Shown here: piece after piece, positions 51,595 to 63,509 of the stretch
Layout of the letters: every line of letters starts with the position of its first letter
Position numbering within the stretch: position 1 is the first letter of the stretch
Assembly (NCBI RefSeq): GCF_006345805.1
Contig: NC_042999.1
Coordinates: 165,044,001 to 165,108,000 of the forward strand
From: Octopus sinensis
Lineage: Eukaryota
DNA length: 64,000 nt
Direction: 5' to 3'
The notes under the pieces: model-generated
Databases searched by the model: none
Told to the model about the DNA's origin: nothing
The model's input: the letters and a program-made list of their open reading frames with translations, nothing else
Position numbers and translations under genes: made by a program

Positions 51595-53322
51595 TGATGA
51601 TAACATTAATATGAATAGTTATAATGATAACATCAATGATATAAATAGTAAAAATAAAGATGTGGTATGTGAGAAAAGTGGGAAAAGATTAATAACTAAC
51701 AACCCTAATTTATATAAGAATATAACTATAGATAGGGGATATAACACTAATACTAATAATAGCTCTAGTAACGAAAATGAAGATAGATTGTCCCTAAATA
51801 ATACTAATACCATGAATTATTGCCCCAGCTGTAATTGTAGAATTAGATTGAAATGTCCGGTATCTAGTAGCTGTCTGGTTCAAAATGTAATTTATAAATG
51901 TGCAATAATGACTTTAAATAATAGCTATCTTTATTTCGGTTGTTCGGTGGATCTAAAAAAGCGTTTGAACAACCATTTTTCCTCCTTTAGGCTTAAACAT
52001 AAGGCAGGTTGCACAACACTGTCCAGTAAAATTTGAGAACTAAAAGGAAAAAATATAGAATTTAACCTGAAATGGGATATAGTAAGAAAGGCACAACCTT
52101 ATAAACATAGGAATAATACAAATTTGTTAAATAACCGTTCTGAACAAAGATTATCTTGCAGACATCGTACAACCCGTACGTTTAAATATTTTAAATAATA
52201 ATATTGTGACCGTTCCTAAATTTTCAAATCCTAATACTTTATAACCAAATAAAAATGGATATATCATACTAGCTTTTATTCAACTTGCATAGATTACTAA
52301 GAAACTTCATTGCATATTTAGAATTAAATTCTCTCTCTTTTTTTTTTTGATAATCTCCAATATTAAATAGGAAAAATTCTATGTATCTAAAGAAATTACT
52401 CAGCTCATCTTGATTACCTCACTTCCATTTTTGAATATGTATTATTGACCCCGGATATCTTTACTTAATTGATTAGGTTTTCTCCGCGGGTTGTAAATAT
52501 TATGTCTAACAGATCCTTTTAATTTGATTCATTAATAACAAGTCATCGTCTACTAAATCTAAGAAAATTCTTCTTCTTGATTACTTCTCTTCCATTATTT
52601 CTAATATATTATGTCTAACAGAGTCTTTTAATTTGATTCATTAATAACGAATCACCATCAACTAAATCTAAGAAAATCACTCATCTTGATTACTTCTCTT
52701 CCATTTTTTCTAATATATATTATCAACTCCTAATATATACACTTAATTAATAAGACTTTTGTCCACGGTTATTGAATATTGTGCCTACTCATAATATATA
52801 TACTAAATAAATAATAGGTTTTTTCTCCAAACTTAGTAAATATTAGCTATAACAATTTCTTTTAATCTAAATTATTAAAATAATCACCACTTACTAGCCA
52901 ATTATGATTGTATATATTAATGTGGATGCATATATGTATATGTTTGTACAAGTGTAAAAGAATCTCTGTATTTTCTATAACTATGTAGGATATAGCTGTT
53001 TATTGTGGCCATTTAGTATTGGCTTGGTTTTCTTGATACAAAGTCAGAATGCTAAGTAGTAGTAGGCAACCTCTCAGACATTATTAGTCTATGATCCCCT
53101 ACCACTTTAACTTCAACCTGAATAACTTTTGACATTTATTTCACCCCTTCCTATATCTATAAAGAGAAAAACTCTTTTGCTCCATTCAACCGAACATCCC
53201 TCCCTCCTCACTAGCAGATCAAAATAACTAAAAGAAAATCTACAGTCAGAAGATAAATTCTAACACCTTAATGTTCTTACTAATCAAATCAACCTCTCTG
53301 TTTGTATATCTACCCTCTTTAT
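48875..53322 (+). mobile_element. Penelope-like element 2 (same lineage as PLE1) with direct pLTR repeats
   Basis: 246-bp direct repeat 48875-49120 / 53077-53322; RT ~49450-50870 ([36 protein letters not shown]); GIY-YIG ~51820-52198 (CNCRIRLKCP, VIYKC, YFGCS, TTLSSKI). 49160-49380 is homologous to PLE1 7733-7975. Many stops and frameshifts. Confidence 0.92.
49175..49265 (+). ncRNA. Type I hammerhead ribozyme in the 5' pLTR of PLE2 (slightly degenerate)
   Basis: Stem I aattgg/ccaaatt (one bulge); CTGAAGA 49181-49187; long stem II (tgct/agcg; caacatttta/taaaatgatg) with a U-U closing position; GAAA 49247-49250; palindromic ACGATCGT; GUA cleavage after 49258. Upstream ggaaaacctctatg matches PLE1 ggaaaactcatatg. 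Confidence 0.72.
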
Positions 53323-53554
53323 TAATTGATAAATATCAATTTCTACCCTTAATTAATTTTATATAAATAAATATGTTCTCTAACCGATAAATTAACTGCT
53401 GCTAATTATTAGCTGCAGGCTAGTTTTCTCGGGTTCCAACGCGCCAAAGTAAAGGCATTTGAAAGATATATTCAAATGTAATAGGCTGAACTCCATGCAC
53501 GCGATATTTCGGTATCGTGTTTGCATCTAGTCCAGCAAATTACATTTATAACGG

Positions 53555-53622
53555 ACCATGCTGATGATGGCTGCAGTTTTCCTTGCGGAAAATAACAGCT
53601 GAAACTAATTTAGTACATGGGT
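53555..53622 (+). ncRNA. Type I hammerhead ribozyme, 504-bp unit copy 1
   Basis: Stem I ccatg/catgg; CTGATGA 53561-53567; one extra U; stem II ggctg/cagct extended by ttttcc-ttgc-ggaaaa; GAAA 53601-53604; stem III acta/tagt; GUA cleavage after 53615. Confidence 0.85.
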
Positions 53623-54058
53623 AATTATTTATTTCGTATATTTTTCACTTGTTTATTGCTATGGTTTTGTGTTGAGTTTGATCTGAGAACATAATCTTTT
53701 GTGGTGAATGGCGATTTGACGTCTATATCTAGCATGTTGACTGTCCACTTTTCGTGTTCAGTCCTTAATTGGTATATATAAATATTTTAATCTTCGGATT
53801 TTTTTAATATGCTAGACCACTGGTCTTAATTGATAAATATCAATTTCTACCCTTAATTAATTTTATATAAATAAATATGTTCTCTAACCGATAAATTAAC
53901 TGCTGCTAATTATTAGCTGCAGGCTAGTTTTCTCGGGTTCCAACGCGCCAAAGTAAAGGCATTTGAAAGACATATTCAAATGTAATAGGCTGAACTCCAT
54001 GCACGCGATATTTCGGTATCGTGTTTGCATCTAGTCCAGCAAATTACATTTATAACGG

Positions 54059-54126
54059 ACCATGCTGATGATGGCTGCAGTTTTCCTTGCGGAAAATAAC
54101 AGCTGAAACTAATTTAGTACATGGGT
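54059..54126 (+). ncRNA. Type I hammerhead ribozyme, 504-bp unit copy 2
   Basis: Same motif as copy 1; CTGATGA 54065-54071, GAAA 54105-54108, cleavage after 54119. Confidence 0.85.
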
Positions 54127-54295
54127 AATTATTTTATTTCGTATATTTTTCACTTGTTTATTGCTATGGTTTTGTGTTGAGTTTGATCTGAGAACATAAT
54201 CTTTTGTGGTGAATGGCGATTTGACGTCTATATCTAGCATGTTGACTGTCCACTTTTCGTGTTCAGTCCTTAATTGGTATATATATATATATATA

Positions 54296-54330
54296 TACTA
54301 GCAGTATTGCCCGGCTCGTGCGTTCTATAC
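54296..54330 (+). mobile_element. 5' terminus of a Helitron-like non-autonomous element
   Basis: tactagcagtattgcccggc, shared with 56931 and 62238; 3' end not located. Confidence 0.45.
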
Positions 54331-55103
54331 ACGCGCGAATTAAGCTAAACTTGGATGAAGTTCAATCAAAATTCAATTATTTTGGTTTTAAAATCAAGCA
54401 TTTAATACCCTCTATTTTTGCGCTTATGTATTCCATTTCCTCAATAGGAAGTACGTAGAAGCGTTTCATAAATTTTTGTTGATCAAATAATTGCATTGTT
54501 GAATTATTCTTTTAGATCAGTATTTCTCAACGGGGATTTCAGGGGAGAGTTTCAGGGAGTCGCTGGTGATGTATCGTGACGATCAAAAATCCGGCCTGCT
54601 AAAATTTGGTTAAAGTGATTCAAACTGCAGACTCAACGCAAAATGGTCACATTTAATTCAAAGCGTTAAAAATGTTATGAAAACAATTGGTATGTGTTCA
54701 CAAAGTCCAAACGATTAATACGAAAAAATCCTCCAGGCTACATCTCGAAAATCCATTTCTTTGCCGAATTTCTACAGTGTTTACGGCGATTCGTTTTTAT
54801 ATATTGATTTTTTATTTTTCATGCAATTTACGCATGCTTTCACGCGCGGTGAACACAGTTCACGTCAAACAGCTGACTGAGTAAAGTTCACTATTCAATG
54901 CATGGGATAAGGCCTAAACAAACACATTATCGATTTTTGCACTTGGGAGATGAATTTTGGAACAGAAATAGCGCAGTTCAATTTTCATTCGCCTAAACTT
55001 TAAGTGACCCATTTTTGGTGGTTCTACGATTTGTTGGCTAGGAGGAGATGTGCCGGGAAGTTAAACACACAAGATACAATATATATATAATAATATATAT
55101 ATA

Positions 55104-55145
<42 letters not shown>

Positions 55146-55159
55146 AGAGAGAGAGGGGG

Positions 55160-55241
<82 letters not shown>

Positions 55242-55327
55242 TATAAATTCCTCTATTTACATAATATCGAGGTCTCATTCATTCTTTTGTTGTCATATTC
55301 TTATTATTAATATATATATATATAATT

Positions 55328-55649
55328 AAGGGTGCAAAATAGCACCTACAATTGCTAGAAATAAGAACTAAAAATAGAACTCGAATAGCCACACAAAATC
55401 ACTAACCTCATGAGATGTTCAAAGGGACTGCGAGGTAGAAATCATAATGAAGGGTGCAAAATAACACCTACAATTGCTTGAAATAAGAGCTAAAATTATA
55501 ACTCGAATAGCCCAGCGCGTTATCTCGCTGGAGAAAGATGTTGAGGCTTGCCGCTCGCAGTCCCTTTGAACATCTCATGAGGTTGGTGATTTTGTGTGGC
55601 TTTTCGAGTTATAGTTTTTAGCTCTTATTTCTAGCAATTGTAGGTGCTA
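55328..55649. repeat. Compound direct + inverted repeat (foldback)
   Basis: Arm 55340-55434 is inverted at 55554-55649 (~95 bp); the first ~63 bp of 55328 are also directly repeated at 55450-55512. Confidence 0.85.
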
Positions 55650-56029
55650 TGTATATGCATATATGATATGAGGGTTATTATATGGTATTATTTGGAGGTA
55701 GTGTTGTTCTCAATTAGCTACAGGTCAGCTCAGACCAAACAGATTTACGTTTGAATGTTTGTATATTATATCTCAGAACATTTGGTCTTTCTTTTATAAT
55801 AACTGAGGCTACACTAGAAGAAAGTAGGTCAAAACATAGATTTATACTCCTACCTACATATACAGGATCTTTGCAGTTTTCGTCACTGTTTACAATTTTG
55901 TTCGGATTGTTTTCAAATTTCGTACATGGATTGAGTTTTGTATATTAATTATGAAAATGAAATTCATTTTCCCTATAAATCCATAATTAAAAGGTTATTA
56001 GCCTTTAAAAATTGCGAGATTTGGGCATT

Positions 56030-56114
56030 TTAGCCAATCAGAAGCGGGTATTTTATACATCATCGTGGTGAAAAACTCTGTTTCCATCGTAACCAAAGAT
56101 GCTGCGCATGCGCA
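56030..56114 (+). promoter_or_regulatory. Cluster of CCAAT box, RFX X-box-like and NRF1-like motifs
   Basis: agCCAATcag (56034-56038); GTTTCCATCGTAAC (56080-56093, one mismatch to GTTNCCATGGNAAC); perfect palindrome TGCGCATGCGCA (56103-56114). May lie inside a repeat. Confidence 0.35.
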
Positions 56115-56930
56115 CAAGGAGTGGAAGAGATACGAGAAAGATAATCTTCTGCTATAATAATACTCTTGTGTTTTCTCTGTCACAACATATGGATGAGAAA
56201 GGAAGGGGGGATAGCTGAGTAAGGAAGGAAGGAGTGATGGCAAACTGGTAGTTTGAACGTTTCAACTCTGTGTGAGTATATGTGTGTGTATGTAAAAGGG
56301 AGGTATGTTAATGTGTGCGTGTATGTGTGTGTGTGTATTGTAAACTTTGGTTCTTGAATTTTTTCATTAAATGCTTGTTTTAAACAATGTTTGATTGTAA
56401 TTTTTAAACTCTTGTTGGTTTGTTTGTTCGTAGCGTTTAAATATTTAATTTGCTCGTGAATGTTTTAGAGCTTATTCCATTCGTGTATATTTTAATATTT
56501 TGACTGTTATTTTTACCAATGTTTTGACGTGCCGATGCCTCCCCACTCCGATGATAGAAGAGCAGTGAATGCGCTGTTTTCTGATTGGCTGAAAATTCTC
56601 AAAATTCTCAAAATTTGAACAGCTGTAACATTGTTTCACAATGTTTTCTGGAATAAATGAATAACAAATTCGGATTCAGCGTCAAAATTACATCTATGTG
56701 ATACAGTAAACAAATTTTTAAAGATAATTGTAAAGGGTGACGAAAACCCCTATATAAATAAATGTATACATTTATATGAATATATTAGTGTGTGTGTGTG
56801 TGTGTGGTGTGTGTGTGTGTGTGTGTGTGTGTTTGTGTATTTATGTATGCATGTACGAAGGTTCTTTAAAAATATTTTTAGAAGTCACAATATTTGAAGA
56901 AAGATATTCTTAAATTGAAAAATTATTAAT

Positions 56931-57327
56931 TACTAGCAGTATTGCCCGGCGTTGCTCGAGTTTGTAAGGGAAATAACTATATAAGCATTTTTAGAGATGT
57001 AAAGTATAATAGCCATCTCAATATGGCCAACCACAAAGGGGGTGTTACTGTAGCTTTTTACGTTCTGAGATTTAATAGTACATTTTTAGAGAGTTACTTC
57101 CCTTATATAATAGCAAAAAAAAGCATTAAAAATGGGAAAAAATGATGGTAAATTTTTTTTATCGTAGACTTATCGTAGACGCGCACTAATACCCAGAATG
57201 GCTCGATATGAATCACGACTATAAGATACCCGCTTTTGGTTACACTGCACCGCAAAATGTGGGAGTAGTTAGGAATCTAAATCGTAGGAGACAGACACCA
57301 CACAACCTCAATTTTATATATATAGAT
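56931..57327 (+). mobile_element. Helitron-like non-autonomous element (Lep1/HINE-like architecture)
   Basis: 5' tactagcagtattgcccggcgttgctcgag (subterminal hairpin); gacagacac-type tract; 3' ttttatatatatagat. Related copy at 62238. Confidence 0.65.
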
Positions 57328-58179
57328 ATGCAAACTTCATAAAAATAACAGAATGATCTTATGGAAGGAAGTAGCCGAGTTGTATTTAGGGCTTTCCGCC
57401 GTTTTCAGCTTTTTAAACACACACATTACAAGGTAATCCGTAATCAGTGACTTTTCAGTGGTACTGTTCATTCTTTGAGGTTTAGTTTCGGACTCTTCTT
57501 TTGCCTTTCGTAGTTGGTCCTTCTTTTCTTTTATTTTGAAAAAAAAAGGAATATATTGAACTATGTTCACTACATGAAACTTTTTTTAAGAGATGAAACT
57601 TTGATTTTTTACTTATGTACTTCAAAACCGCTCTATTGATTTTTCGATTTTGTTTGGTGGATTAGTGCAAATGGAAAATGCAAAATATTCCGCTTTTGGT
57701 TTTTCACAATAAAGCAAGAAAATGATCAAGTGACAAAGGCACAAAAAGAATACTTTATAATAATTGAAAATCTGAAACTAAAACGGAAATAGTCAACACA
57801 GCTACTAAAACAACTATCGCTAAGCGGATTATCTTATAACACAATTGAGGTTGAGCGAGGTATGGAAAGCAAACTTCACATTCTGAAACAGCCAGCCAAA
57901 GGATTTCGAGATTGGTATAATGGATAGAGAGCAACGGAGGAATCTTTGTCGTCTTGGCCACAGGTTCTTTGAAGACAAGGAGCCCCCAAAATGCCAAATG
58001 ACAAAGAGAAGATTGGCCAGGATGAGCTAAAAATCCCACAACAATCCCGTATAATGTCAGTAAATATTTCAAACAATTTACCCGATGCCCCTCGTTAGAA
58101 GAAGTCGAAATAAAATTGAATTTGGTGATGGAGGTGGGGGTAACTTCTCAGATCGAGAAACCCCACGATGATGACATGT

Positions 58180-58214
<35 letters not shown>

Positions 58215-58381
58215 GGCGCAGGCTTGGCAATGCGGCAAGAAGCTTGCTGCCAACCACATGGTTCCGGCTTCAGTCCCAATGCGAGGCACTTTCGGCAAGT
58301 GTCTTCTACTATAGTCTCGAGCCGACCAAAACCTTGTAAATAGGTTTGGTCGACGGAAACTGAAAGAATCCAGTCGTATGT

Positions 58382-58420
<39 letters not shown>

Positions 58421-58654
58421 CATATAAAACATATCTATGTGTGTGTCTTTGTGTTTGTATTTGTCCCCCACTACCGCTTGACATCCGGTGGTGGTGTGTT
58501 TACGTCCGCATAACTTAATAGTTCAGCAAACAAGAACGGCAGAATAAGTACTAGACTTTAATAAATATGTTCTGAGATCGATTTGTTCGACTAAAACCAT
58601 TCAAATTGGTGCCCCAGTATGGCCACAGTCAACTGACTGAAACAAGTAAAAGAG
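58215..58654 (+). mobile_element. SINE family B, full length, older
   Basis: ggcgcaggcttggcaatgcggcaagaagcttgc...ttcagtccc...ggcaagtgtcttctactatag...actgaaacaagtaaaagag. Confidence 0.88.
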
Positions 58655-58656
58655 TA

Positions 58657-58725
<69 letters not shown>

Positions 58726-60308
58726 CAAATGCACACTTATACATACACGATGTGTATGCTTGCACATTCAATGTTTGTGCAAGCGCGCGTATAAGTGAAC
58801 ATGTGTGTGTGTGTGTACGTGCGCGCGTATATGTGTGTAAATAATCTGCCAACCTCTGGCCGCTACACTTCGATTTCTATTAACATTAATATCTATCAAG
58901 ATGTGAGTGTGAACAAGAAAACAACTACTTACTGCTGTAGATCTGTCTCGGTGAATATTGCCCATTATGCTTTGTGTTTAATGATTTTATTGAATTTATG
59001 TGGCATGGAGATTTTTATAAATATGACCGAACATTCAATGTACACAGACGAACATTCAATGTACCACCAGCATGTTGTTGTCCTTCTATAGCTGAAACGA
59101 TATTTTATAGCCTTGATCGGAACTATACAGAAAAAAAAAGAAGAAAAGAAAATAGCTGGATGGTTACACAAATATAAATGTGTAACATATGTTTATGTTG
59201 TATTTCAATAGTCTGTGACTAATACGATTGAATTGTTGCTTGGCCGACACAGTTGATACATCTCACGTGTTGTGTCTTCTGCCTAGTTTATCATTAAAGA
59301 GAGAGATGTCTTGTTTTTGTTTTTTTACACAATGAAGTTTACTAACTGCACTTGAAGGAGAACTTGGAAGTGAAGAACCTACCAACCTTATTGCTAGCAA
59401 TGAGTAGAAGCTATTTTCCGATCTCTCTAAAACATACTTTTCATGAAAACAGTTGTACAATGAATAAGGTTGATGAAAAGAGTAGTTGAAACGTCTGAGC
59501 ACCGAACGGAATCAACACCTGGTGGGCTTCTAAATTCATTACTATCCATCAGGTGCTGATAAAATAAGTACAACTAGATTGCTCGAGCAAACTATACCCC
59601 ACCTTACAATTCTTGTCCTTTATTGACAACTTAAAACTCGATAGATTCTGTGTTACTTTTTAATACAGTAGAACGAAAGAAATGATACAACACCGACCAC
59701 TAACGTTCCAAGTTCAAATCATTACGATATCTACCTATCATTTCAATATTCTACTTTCTGTCAAATATATTGTTTGTTTTTTTCATTGTTGTATTTTAGA
59801 CACACCGCAGCTCTAACTAGGCGGAGAAATTATCAAAAGAACTATGTACATGGTCACGCAGTATTTCTTTGAAGTAGTGCATATGTTGGACAAGTTTATC
59901 CTGTGTGGAGTTACCTTTTTAAGGACATTTAAATTGATTTGAAGCAGATTTGGTTGCTGTTTCAAATAGACCAAGTGACCACGTGGAGACTTTCTTGTTG
60001 GCTTCAATAAGTACTAGAAATATTCTGAAGTTGGTTTAAATGCTGATGTCCAACAACTACAAATTTGTAGCATTGTAACCATATGAAAAATATAATAGCC
60101 AAGTTAATATATTTAATGTAGTGGACATGTAAATATCCACTAAGTATATGGTGAGAAAAGGAAATTAGTTCAATGTATAATATTATTTTAATAATGTCGT
60201 TTAGTAAGGAAGATAATTTTGATATGTTTCGATATTATTAAACTTCTTCAGAGAAGCATAAAGTTTATCTCCTTTATGAAATTTGGAATGAGAGAATCTC
60301 TAAATAGA

Positions 60309-61405
60309 TAAAGGGACGTCAGCTATTTGAGAACGAAACTTTAAGAACCATAAGTGCCCCAAGCTTATCTTTTTTCAGCCCCAAATTAGATGTTTCGAAT
60401 CTAAAGCAGACGCTGAAAAGGCATACTTTTCTCGCCACCTTTGTCGCTAACCACAGTGTTTATGAAATTGCAGCCTCCTTAAACATTGCTAGGTCCTCTG
60501 TGTTTAAGATCAAAAAATAGCTCCTGGCCTGGTTGGAATGTGTCTTCTGTTGCCAAAAGATAAAAAGAAAAACATTTTCTACGGTCCGACATTGTCAGAA
60601 ATGTCGAGTAAGTCTAGCAAATCCAAATCATTATCAATGAGCATTTTGGCAAGTCATAGTCAAAATTCTCCATGCGTCGAACTCAGCGATTGGACTAGTG
60701 GTGCATGAAGACATCAGTACGAATCCTATATAATAAGAAAGGGACAGTTGATGCCCAATAAGACCCGAGAGAACCGTGCATCAGGTCGAAGTCCTTATTG
60801 AACAAATTCAAACACCCCGACGAGTCTAACTTGCTCCGGCTCTTCTGAGATAAGAAGAATTTTATCCAAGATCAAAAAGTGAACCAACCTCACTGAAGCC
60901 CTATTTGGTGTTATGCACACCAAGCTCTCATCATCTGTGAAGCACTGGGGATCATGGACAAAGAGGGCCATGTCATACATCCTCACTTTTTCCGGCAAGG
61001 TCTTAGTGTCAACGTAGCATTCTACATCGAGACAATAGAGGCGGTTCTAAAAACCCGGGATCGAGAAAATTGCTCAGGGAAGCAGAATCTTAGTAGCGTT
61101 TGGCCTCCAAACTCTCCTGATTGAAACCACCTGGAGCTAGGCTGAGATAACAACATACCCACTATACCAAGGACTCGTTGATGTCTGTGATTGAGAACGT
61201 TATGTCTAACATGAATAAGGATCACCTGACCAATGCATTTAGTCGTTTCGAGGAAGTGGTGGAGGCTAATAGCAGTTTTATTGCATAGTCTATGTAAGAA
61301 CATGTGTACCAAATCCTATAAATATAAATTTAATGGTTTTCCTAATAAATATTTTTGTTTTCCTTAAATTAAAATGTTGTCCGGAAGTAGCTGACGCATT
61401 TTCTA
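60309..61405 (+). mobile_element. Tc1/mariner-superfamily transposon remnant
   Basis: Broken frames give LNKFKHPDE.NLL..F.DKKNF.QDQK, PHFFRQGL.VN...YIE and VWPPNSPD*N.L; degenerate TIR candidates sharing cgtcagcta at 60309-60344 and 61369-61405. Confidence 0.72.
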
Positions 61406-62237
61406 TGTAATATTGTGTATGAAAGGGCATAAACAATGAGCATATTTTTTTAAAAACCTATCCATTACAAATAATTACTTAGAGACGTCATCCTATGAAG
61501 AACTCCAATTAGATCGAGAGATTTCCTGGATTTGTCTCTTGTAATTACTTCATTGAGCTAAACTGACTGTTGATGCACCAAGGTCCAGTATAATTTCTTT
61601 ATAGAAATCTTTACCTTTTGAGCAGTTTGTATATAAACTTAACTTTGTAGATACCGGATCATACCAATGTTGGCTAAGATAATATAATATGGAGGATAAG
61701 CCAATGCGCAAAATAGTTGCTCTTTGATTACATAATCTGCTGTTTATTTATCTATTTATTTATTTATTTGGTAAAACATAGGAAGGAGACATTTGTGAAA
61801 TCGGATTCCTTGACAGGTGACGCCGAGCTGCCGAAGCTGTAACTCACTGATCTAATGTGTATTTATTAATGCAGTAGAGTATGATTTGAGAGAGATTTGA
61901 TTGTTATTTCTAGCAGATGAAGCGGCCAAAATTGAGACTCCCTAATTAGTTTGTGTTTACTAAAGATCTCCTTAGCAGGATCAATTAAAGTGAGTGAGAT
62001 TATGTCAGATACTACATACATGCCCCATGGCTAGCACTCGTGAGATTTAGCTGTTTACTTTCAATCTTCTTGTACTAGTCACACACGCACATGCACACTT
62101 TACGTAAAATCCCATTTGAATACCCTTCTTTTAATCTGCTCTGCTCTTTCCACTGCCCATTTTCTTACTACAACCATTATCAAACTCACGTTACACTGCT
62201 AGTGTGCTGTACTTGTTATTGATCTTGTTTTAGTTAT

Positions 62238-62616
62238 TACTAGCAGTATCGCCCGGCCTTGCTCGGGTTTGTAAGGGAAATAACTATAAAGCATTTTTTT
62301 AGAGAGTTATAGCCAAAAAATAGCAAAAAAATGGAAAAACAATGATGGTAAATTTTTTTGAGAGTTAAAAAGGTCGAGTTGCGTCCCCTAGACAGTCTGT
62401 GGTTTGTGTTTCTGATTCTCGACCCCATGTCGAATTTATCGATTTTTCTCAGAACTGGGGGAAACTTTTCAAAATTTTCGCTGCGTTAGTTTTGAATTAT
62501 GACATTGGGCTATGTGTGTGTCAAGTTTCGTCAGAATCGGTTGAAAGCCGTGGTCAGGGTGAGGGTACAACCTGACAGACACACAGACAGACAAACTGCC
62601 GTTTATATAGAGAGAC
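62238..62616 (+). mobile_element. Helitron-like non-autonomous element
   Basis: tactagcagtatcgcccggccttgctcgggtttgtaagggaaataac; (gaca)n tract; ...tttatatagagagac. Confidence 0.65.
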
Positions 62617-62769
62617 GTTGCTGTCATAGTTGTCGTCGTTATTGTTTTTGTTTCATGTAATTCTTATTATCAGTGTGATGTTTGTGTCGTTACAGCCTTA
62701 GATTAGCGTACCCGGCAAAATGCTTAGTGGCATTTGTTGTTGTTGTTGTTACTGTTGTTATTGTTAAAT

Positions 62770-63001
62770 GCAGCGAGCTGGCAGAAACGTTAGCACGCCG
62801 GGCGAAATGCGTAGCCGTATTTCGTCTGCCGTTACGTGCTGAGTTCAAATTCCGCCGAGGTCGATTTTGCCTTTCATCCTTTAGGGGTCGATAAATTAAG
62901 TACCAGTTACGCACTGGGGTCAATGTAATCGACTTAATAGGTTTGTCTGTCCTTGTTTGTCCCTTCTGTGTTTAGCCCCTTGTGGGTAGTAAAGAAATAG
63001 G
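62770..63001 (+). mobile_element. Young SINE family A copy nested in an older copy (62704-62733 + 63002-63170)
   Basis: Near-consensus copy splits an older SINE at ggcattt. Confidence 0.85.
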
Positions 63002-63177
63002 CATTTCGTTGGTCTTTGCGTTCTGAGTTCAAATTCTGCCAACGTCGGGTTTGCCTTTAATCCTTTTGGGGTCGATAAAATAATTACCAGCAGAACAGTG
63101 GGGTCGATGTAATCGACTAATCCCTCGCCCTAACTTGCTGACTTTGTGCCAAAATTTGAAATCGTTATTATAATAAT

Positions 63178-63395
63178 ACAGCAAGCTGGCAGAACCGTTA
63201 CACTGCCGGAGAAAATGCCAAGCCGCATCTTGTCCGTCTTTACGTTCTGAGTTCAAATTCCGCCGAGATCGACTTTCACCTTTCATTTTTCGGGGTCGAT
63301 AAATTAAGTACCAGTTGAGTATTGAGGTCGATGTAATCGACTATTCCCCTCCCCCAAATTTCAGGCCTTGTGCCTATATTAGAAAGGATTATCAT
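63178..63395 (+). mobile_element. SINE family A
   Basis: caagctggcagaaccgtta...gagttcaaattccgccgagatcgactttcacctttc...ggccttgtgcctatattagaaagg. Confidence 0.85.
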
Positions 63396-63424
63396 AACTA
63401 TAATAATAATAATAATTATTATTA

Positions 63425-63472
<48 letters not shown>

Positions 63473-63509
63473 CATTATTATTATTATTATTATTATTATT
63501 TGATTATTA

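Larger units (their letters stand above)
53322..54284 (+). repeat. Near-identical 504-bp tandem dimer (1.9 copies), each copy with a hammerhead
   Basis: Units start ttaattgataaatatc at 53322 and 53826; the second ends in (TA)n at ~54284. Confidence 0.93.

Noticed and set aside
55380-55420. ctcatga/cgaa motifs in the foldback as a hammerhead
   Set aside because: Motif order and pairing do not fit type I, II or III.
59338-59407. Possible terminal exon LLTALEGELGSEEPTNLIASNE*
   Set aside because: Weak acceptor and no recognisable homology.
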